Shown in pieces: positions 56,401-64,000 of a DNA stretch of 64,000 nucleotides. The notes below the pieces were generated by a model. It was not told where the DNA came from, made no database searches, and saw only the letters and a list, made by a program, of their open reading frames with translations. The stretch's first letter is position 1, and every line of letters begins with the position of its first letter. The DNA lies in assembly GCA_012295275.1 (NCBI GenBank), contig CM022675.1, positions 12,152,001 to 12,216,000 on the forward strand. The letters are read 5' to 3'. Source of the DNA: Chrysomallon squamiferum. Its lineage: Eukaryota > Animalia > Mollusca. The position numbers and the translations under genes are program-made.

Positions 56401-59400
56401 ATGTTGCAAAATCTTCACCCTCGTGTTGTGGCTACTGCCCCAGTGGCCACACAAACAGTAAGTCTCACATAGAGAAAGAAAACCCCACATCACAGCCAGA
56501 CATTTTAACCTTCCTGTTGAGATAGTTATGTTATGAAGAATTCATTTATTTCAGAATAATTTAAACTAAATAAGGATGAGTTAGAATTTAAAAAAAAGAA
56601 GTTTATCTCACTTCAATTATTTATAGCACTTACAGTAAAGTGAATGATATAGTTTAAATTAAACAGTTCAATGAAGCTGCTGAAGCTTAACATAAACACA
56701 CTTCTTTATACTTGAAAAGTTTAAAGAACATAAATTATAAATATATTTGTATATTCAGTAGAATGCTGTAAAAATGTGAAACCAGGAATTCAGAATATCT
56801 GTTGCTATTGCAATCTTTTTGTGTTGGCACTGTGTTGTTAAAATGAAGAAAGAGAGATAAAGAGAAATTAAATTAAAATGGTGTCTTATTTAAATTTGAC
56901 TTATAGTAATATGCACTATGGAGGGTTTCTTAATATAAAATAAAAAAACAAATTAAACAATGTTACATATAACATACATTTATAATTTAAACTTTAGCAA
57001 ACTTTACTTTATGTCTTAACACAACAGGTTAAAATGTCATTTGTGATCTAAAATAGGACTGCAGTAATATATTTTAGGCTGTGAGATGTATATTGCATAT
57101 AATTATCAATGTGGTGTCACCATATGCTCACAGCTGCACAAACCCCACCCCCCACCCAAGAAAAAAGAAAACAATTCCTACTCCAATCTAGAACCAAAAA
57201 AACCAAACATTTTTAACAGCATCTGTCATTTTATTGGTGGCTACTTTTAGATTTCATGGACATGATGATGTTTGAAAATGTGCAGATGCACCATATGGTG
57301 ATGCAACAGATGATGATGCAAAACTTAGCCCCTAAAGTAGCCATAGCACAGGCACCTGTGCAGTCTACTGTCGTAAGTGTAGATGTAGTAATAGTAGCAA
57401 CATACTTTGCTGTTGTAACTGTAGAATTTTCTGATAAATTATTGTTCAGGTTAGTTTCTAGAATTTACATTCAAACACAGGCATTGTGTTCCTTCTGATA
57501 TATAGCACTTCAAAGTGGCTATTTTCACTAAAACACACATAGCCACTGCTCACACAGAATCACTCAAAATGTGAAGTGTTAAATCCTTCAAAATTACTTA
57601 CTACTGGTATTTTGATATAATTTTAAATTTTAACAGGTTGTATTAAAATTAAGTGTTAAATACTTTATCAAAAGATTTAAGATTTTTTTTTTTTTTTTTT
57701 ATTTAGTATTTTTTACAAAGAATCATACAGATTGCTTAGTATGTTAAATTATTTCTGTTCCTTGAGAATGTTGCAGAACATAGTTTACCTTTTAAGGCTT
57801 TAAGCAGTAATTAGCTTAGTTTGTCACTTTTTCTTCATTATTTTTTTTTGTTTGTTTTTCTTTCCATTACATTTTTCTTTTCTTTTCTTTCTTTATTTTT
57901 TTCATGAATAAAAAAACCTACAGTATTATAATTTTTTAACTTTAGAAACATTTTATAGACAATGAAACAATTTGCAGAAGTAGGGATAAATTAATTTTTA
58001 TTAAATTAAAAAGACAAATTAGTTATTTAATTAATTTTTATTAAAATTTGCTTATGTCTTATATTTATTATAATTATGTGAAAACAAAAAAATAATAACT
58101 AATATTAAGTACAATTCAACTAAATTAAAATAAATAATTATTATTAACAATTTAAAATAGTAATATATTCAGTTTTTGTTTATTGAATAAAATAATTATT
58201 TACTGAATTTGTAATCATTTGTTTTGGTAAATTTAGTTCTTATAATTTTATATTGTCATTAAAAAAATGTTATTGAAGTTTCTTATCTAGAGCAAGAAAC
58301 AAATATCCCACCCAAATAAAAAAATAAAAAATTAAACAATTATAATAAAATAAAATAAGTATGTTAATGAATAAAAGAAAAAGAAAAAAGAAAAAAAAAG
58401 AAGCAAAATAAAAAGTTTCCAATCACATTCTCTGTTTTCAAAAAATTAAACAATGAAACTTTTAAAAGTAGATTTGATATATGTAATTAATTTTAATTAG
58501 CATGCACACACATACTAAAACTGCTTCTGTTTAAGGAATATATATTAATATAATTTTATTATACATAATTTTCTTCTGTTGATACACATACCTATATTAA
58601 AAAAACTTAAAATTATAAATATGCATTTAAAGGATCTCTTGTTTTTATGTAATAAAAAGGCTTCCAGTTTGGCATCAGTTTACAAAATGAACAGAAAAAA
58701 GTAGACTTTCAGAGGACTATACACATAGTTTTGTTTTAGTGTAAAATTACTCACTCTCTTTTACAGTATGTACAACATAGTTTTGAACAGACTAGTAATA
58801 TATTAAAACCACAAGAGTAATCTTCAATCAGATAGAATAATATTAATTTTAGATATGATATATAATTTTTAAACTAGATTCCATATGACATGTCATATTA
58901 GAACTGAATAAAAATATGTAAGTTTATTATAAATTTATAACAGATACCAAATTATAATATATGAAATCTCTGACCAACACATAATTAGCTATTTACATTA
59001 AAAGGTGAAAGGCTTTTACAAAAATAAGCTAATAAAAGTAGTGGTATATATTATACAGAATATTAAAATATACAGTTATAAATTAATAATACAGAATAAT
59101 AATGCTAGGGTAAATCTTCATATCAAAATGGAATACATTTTCAACTATAAGAAAAATAATATTATTTTATAATTTTAAACATGTTATTTACTTTAAGTGT
59201 ACATTAATATGTAATATTTCTGTAATTGAAAAATTATTTGTTTTGTAAACACATTCAATGAATACATTGTACAGAACATAAATAACATAATAATATATAA
59301 ACAAATTAAAGATTAGTATAACAGCTTGAAACATGTATTTGAAATGTACCTAAATAGGACAAATTAATTCACACTGATGTATTTTAAAGGAAAATGATGA

Positions 59401-62400
59401 AATTTTGGGTAATCTCACTGAATTTCAACAACTGAATGTAAAATTAATTCAACATTAATGCTGTTTTAGAGTGACATGAGTAACTTGATAAATGATAGGT
59501 AAATGATTTATTTCCAGTGAATTTTTGCTTTTTATAATTATTATCATCATCATCATCATCATCATTATTGTTATTGTTATCTTAATAGATTATCAGTTTA
59601 TTTTATCTTCTTTTAAAGGGAGTAGGTTTATTATTATTGCATTTATCATGAAAGCCAGATGGAATATTATATTACTATTTTGAAAAAAAGAAGAGTTTTT
59701 TAATATTGCACTGAGAAGGGAGTACAGTGTTTACACTAAAACAAAGCTTACAAACTAACCAGTAGGCAGATAGTTGGGGCTTGTTTAGTTCAGAATCTTA
59801 GTCCTTTGAAAGTCTCAATGTTTGAGTGATTTAACAGATGCAAGCCGCAAGACCTGTTTATCACCATCACTTTCAGGCTGTGTCTGCGCCAGTGGCGCCA
59901 CCTATACATCACTACCAGTCCCTGCCTCCCTTGGAAGGAGGATTCTCGTAAGTATCTATAATGATGTTTTGTTTATTTATTTATTTTTCTTGTGATAGAG
60001 ATAACATTATTAATATAGATAATAGTATTAACAGTTGTATGTGATTTAATCCACTACCTCTCACTTTTTATAATAGCATGCATGCATACACACACACACA
60101 TAAACACACAAGATACATACATATTTACATGCATACATACATATAAATACATACGTATATACATACACAGATAAACACATTATACACAGAAACATACCTA
60201 TTGTGCTTTTGCATTATTATCTATGTTATTTTGTGTCGTTTTTCTAAGTAAAGACTAATTCAGCACTAATGTAGCTGAGAAACATTTCAGTTAATATACG
60301 ACTAATATATATAAATCCTTTTAAACTTACAACAGACTAAAGAAATTAATGAATGAATGGGTGTAGTGTTTTATGATTTATTTTGAATACTAATATTACG
60401 GTTGAACAGTGAAACCTGTATTTATCCATGTCTGGTATATGTTCTTGTTAACACCTAATTTAATCCTAGACCTCTTCCTCTCTCTCTCACACACATGAAA
60501 ACAAAGAAGCACATTCATAGAAATTACAAACATACTGTAACAGTCTATCAAAACTTGTTTAAGTAATGTAACCAAACTTTTCCCATCCCAAAATAGATTT
60601 AACTAAACAGCTAATAGGAATTATACATACAAAACAATAGAATTAAAGAAAAATTTAAATTTCTGTTTGAAACACAAAGAATAATAAAATGTTAATTGTT
60701 CAATTCACTGTAAGAAATTCTAAGTTTATTTATCAAAAGTCAGAATTCAGATATTATTTTATACTGTCAATATATTTTTAAAGTTAAAGTTCATAGCACC
60801 CTAGAATGTTCATCGAATTATTCTCTCTCTGACTTTTTGTATGAGAATGAATGAACAAACGAATGAACAAACGAATGAACAAATGAATGAACAAATGAAT
60901 GAACAAACAAATGAACAAATGAATGAACAAACAAATGAACAAACGAATGAACGATGTTTCGTCAGATTTCCGACGAGAATGAACAAACGACTTCTCGTCA
61001 GACTTTGACGACACTTTGTTCAACGACTTCTCTACAGACTTTGATGACACTTTGTTCAACGACTTCTCTACAGACTTTGACGACACTTTGTTCAACGACT
61101 TCTCTACAGACTCTGACGGCACTTTGTTCAACGACTTCTCTACAGACTGTGACGACACTTTGTTCAATGACTTCTCTACAGACTGTGACGACACTTTGTT
61201 CAACGACTTCTCTACAGACTGTGACGACACTTTGTTCAACGACTTCTCTACAGACTTTGACGACACTTTGTTCAACGACTTCTCTACAGACTCTGACGGC
61301 ACTTTGTTCAACGACTTCTCTACAGACTGTGACGACACTTTGTTCAACGACTTCTCTACAGACTGTGACGACACTTTGTTCAACGACTTCTCGTCAGACT
61401 GTGACGACACTTTGTTCAACGACTTCTCTACAAACTTTGACGACACTTTGTTCAACGACTTCTCTACAGACTTTGACGACACTTTGTTCAACGACTTCTC
61501 TACAGACTTTAATGACTTTCCATTTATGTGAGACAAGATCATGAATTAACTATAAAAAGAATATACAGCCTTGAAAGGGCAAAGGTTACTGATAAAAATA
61601 ATTAGTTCTATTCTTTTCATGTTTGGTGTCATCTAGCTGATATAAAAATTAGTGTCTGCGATAAACAGAATGAAAACAAATTGTTTACACACTAATTATG
61701 CATAGGTTCATTTCATTACACATTAAGGTATACAAATACTACATATACACAAACAGAAAACACATCCATCCATTCATTCATGTTTCTTAGGCAGGATGAT
61801 AGCATAAATCTACTTAGCTGTTATTAATAATAATTTTTAATAAACTGTTACATACAGATTTAACTCACATATATTTTTGTAAATTTATTAAACTGTTTTT
61901 TGTATGGTATAATTATTTTATAACATAAATAGTGAATTTACATTTTTAACATTTACTAACAGAGCTGTTTTTCATACATTTATTTTTAGCTAAATATTAA
62001 TAATGTTAACAATCATTATTATATATATTTATTAATCATATAATTTTTTCTTAAGTCCTGATTAAAATAATATATTTATTAGTTCATGGGTTGTAAATGC
62101 AATATTTATATATTATTAGTTATTTAGAATAGAAATGCAGGTTTATATCACAAAAATGTAAAAAAAATAATAATAAAAAACAAAAAATAAAGAAAGAAAA
62201 AAATATTTAAATATTACTTATAATGTCCAATCTGTGAATTTAAATTTTCATTTTATTCATTATCTAAGGAATTTTTCTGATATGTTGGAAAAAAATGTTT
62301 CAAATATTTAAAGTAGATATTTTGAAAAATATGAATGCATAGTAAATCTATATATAGAATTCTGTAGAAACTGGAGTGCCCACAGTTCAGGGGTCTGTCT

Positions 62401-63520
62401 ATGTGTTCCAGTTTTTACACCATTACGTTATATTGATTGTGTTGTCTTGGTTACAGGGGTGGTTTTTATCCTTTTCAGTAGAGGCGTTTCATTTGGTGGG
62501 CGAGGTAAGTTCATATGAATACTTACTATTTAATGATTATTTTTACTGTTGTTCTAGTTAATATTACTATTATCAAAATATTTATGTTATTGTTATTATT
62601 ATATTATTGATACTATTATTGATAGTAATATTTGTTCTTATTATTAAATGATTATTATTATTATTATAAATTTTATTACCATAGTTGATAATAATAATAT
62701 CCAATTATCTTTTGTTTTGATATCTGAATTTATTTTGTTTATTTTCAGTTAATAGTAATTACGAGTTTAAAAGATAATTATAGGTAATTAGTTACACAAA
62801 TTATCTTTTAAATAAATTATATTATAACATTTTATCATTTAAACAATATTTTTGTTTTCAGTTAACAAATATATTTTATTTATTTTACATAATTTCTTGT
62901 CCAAATTTTATAACCTTTTTCAGTTCAGCATGCAAAATGATGTATCTTCTTGTGCCGTTTTTTTTTTGTTTGTTTTTAATCTGTTTTTAGTTTTCAAAAT
63001 CGTGGATTTTTGGGGTTACGGCTTTTTTAGAAAAAACAGTTTAAACTTGAAGAAGAAATTTTAAATTCATGAAGAAACTTAGAACAATCAACTTTTTTTA
63101 CAGCAATCTTTGAAAAATATTTTATTGATTTCTAATATTTAATTAAAAAAGAAATAATAATTTTAATGAATAGTTAAAACAGTTTCAAAATAAAGTAATA
63201 TTATAATTCCATTTAAGTTAATAATTTTTTTAAAGTCCACTATTAAAATTTTGGGTAATTATGTAATCCATTATTTTTAACTTAATAATAATAATAATAA
63301 TAATAGACAAATGTCTAAAAGGAATACTTAAATAATATCCCTGTGAACAGATTTAAATAGTGCTGTAAAGAAAGTTGTTTTTGTTGTTGTAGTTATGTAA
63401 TTATTTTGACTGGAATAAATCTGTTACAACACTTACAAAGTTGTTTTTCTTGTTCTTTCAGTGTATAACAATCCTCGATATTTCTACGATGATGGATCTA
63501 ATTATTATACATATCACTGA
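41772..63520 (+). CDS. DUF4587-family (C21orf58/PRR29-like) Pro/Gln/His-rich protein, ~352 aa
   Basis: Exons 41772-41840 (MAATDSESIHDNMTRLRMRMIQQ), 51288-51336 (KLANERE), 51642-51715 (QQAMLRRQDLIDKIR), 52104-52245, 53610-53687, 54571-54600, 55381-55683, 56339-56457 OR 57251-57372 (DFMDMMMxENxQMxHxVMQQxMxQNL), 59838-59947 (VYHHHF), 62479-62504, 63462-63520 (YNNPRYFYDDGSNYYTYH*). Phases chain without stops. Motifs resemble my recollection of C21orf58 (MTRLxLKLLE-KLEQERE, LRRRKDLL, ELMLxQNAQxHQ, His-run). The last two exons are less certain. Confidence 0.8.
42257..42322. repeat. (TC)n microsatellite
   Basis: Directly visible, 66 nt. Confidence 0.95.
46321..46410. repeat. (GA)n microsatellite
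   Basis: Directly visible, 90 nt. Confidence 0.95.
47620..47950. repeat. Compound (TA)/(TG)/(TACA)/(GAT) low-complexity tract
   Basis: Directly visible; includes a short ~32-bp local duplication (ATACATATTTACTTATAxATAACCACATACATA). Confidence 0.75.
56339..56457 (+). CDS. DUF4587 motif exon, copy A
   Basis: TAG|ATTTCATGGAC...ACA|GTAAGT, 119 nt, phase 1 to 0. Confidence 0.85.
57251..57372 (+). CDS. DUF4587 motif exon, copy B
   Basis: TAG|ATTTCATGGAC...GTC|GTAAGT, 122 nt, phase 1 to 0. Confidence 0.85.
60845..60953. repeat. 12-bp tandem repeat (GAATGAACAAAC/T), ~9 copies
   Basis: Directly visible. Confidence 0.9.
60988..61520. repeat. 36-bp minisatellite, ~14-15 copies, intronic
   Basis: Unit ACGACTTCTCTACAGACT(T/G/C)TGACGACACTTTGTTCA; the overlapping ORFs show 12-aa periodicity. 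Confidence 0.95.
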
Positions 63521-64000
63521 CGAGGCCTGTCTCTATTTGACCTTGAACTTTAACCTGGAATGTTGCCATAGCGATGACTGCTATACACTCAAAAAGTCTT
63601 CCATGACGCCCACCATAAAACTACAGCCAGTCAAAAGTGGCCAATAAAATTAAAAAGAGAAGCACTCCACCCAGTTTCTGTGATATGATTGGCTGATGAA
63701 TTTCAAAGTCAAATTCTTAAAGGATGATTGGATAATGTTGTGCCAAGTACTGCGTTTTCATTGGTGAATCAATGACAACTGTGATTAATTATGTTGCAAA
63801 ACATTTGTGATATATATTTTTTTTAAATATATGAAAAGAAACTATTTTCATTCAGTTTGAACTGGTTATGTTAAATACCAGTTTGACTTTTATAATCATA
63901 TTTAAAATTATTTTTTGACCAACACTAAGAAAAGATTCAGTAATAGTTTTCAGTTACAGTATATTTCAAATGAAAAACATTTCGGAAATAAACTGGAGGA

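Noticed and set aside
60988-61520. CRISPR-like array (36-bp repeats)
   Set aside because: Units are head-to-tail with no unique spacers, there are no cas genes, and the context is a eukaryotic intron.
60784-61544. Long ORFs of 171-252 aa as real genes
   Set aside because: Explained by a stop-free 36-nt repeat unit; no splice or promoter support.
1-64000. tRNA, rRNA or snoRNA genes
   Set aside because: None recognisable by eye; an Infernal or tRNAscan search would be needed to exclude small intronic RNAs.

Overview
Very AT-rich, microsatellite-laden animal genomic DNA with GT-AG spliceosomal introns; an invertebrate, plausibly a mollusc, though the taxon is only an inference. Hand-assembled exons give four genes: (1) a 5'-truncated amphiphysin/BIN1-like N-BAR+SH3 gene (+, 165-13710); (2) NDUFA8 (+, 20398-22201, 3 exons, 174 aa); (3) TRAF3IP1/IFT54 (-, 40319-26089); (4) a C21orf58/PRR29-like DUF4587 gene (+, 41772-63520) lying head-to-head with IFT54 across a promoter that carries an X-box-like site. 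Most entries in the ORF track are intronic low-complexity artefacts. Main observations: the DUF4587 core motif is encoded by two tandemly duplicated exons whose phases make them mutually exclusive; two conserved genes each have one splice junction that is exactly 1 nt out of frame (assembly error, hidden microexon or non-canonical acceptor); several candidate cassette and micro-exons; and an intronic 36-bp minisatellite with a 180-bp higher-order repeat. No prokaryotic features, RNA genes or intact transposons were recognised.
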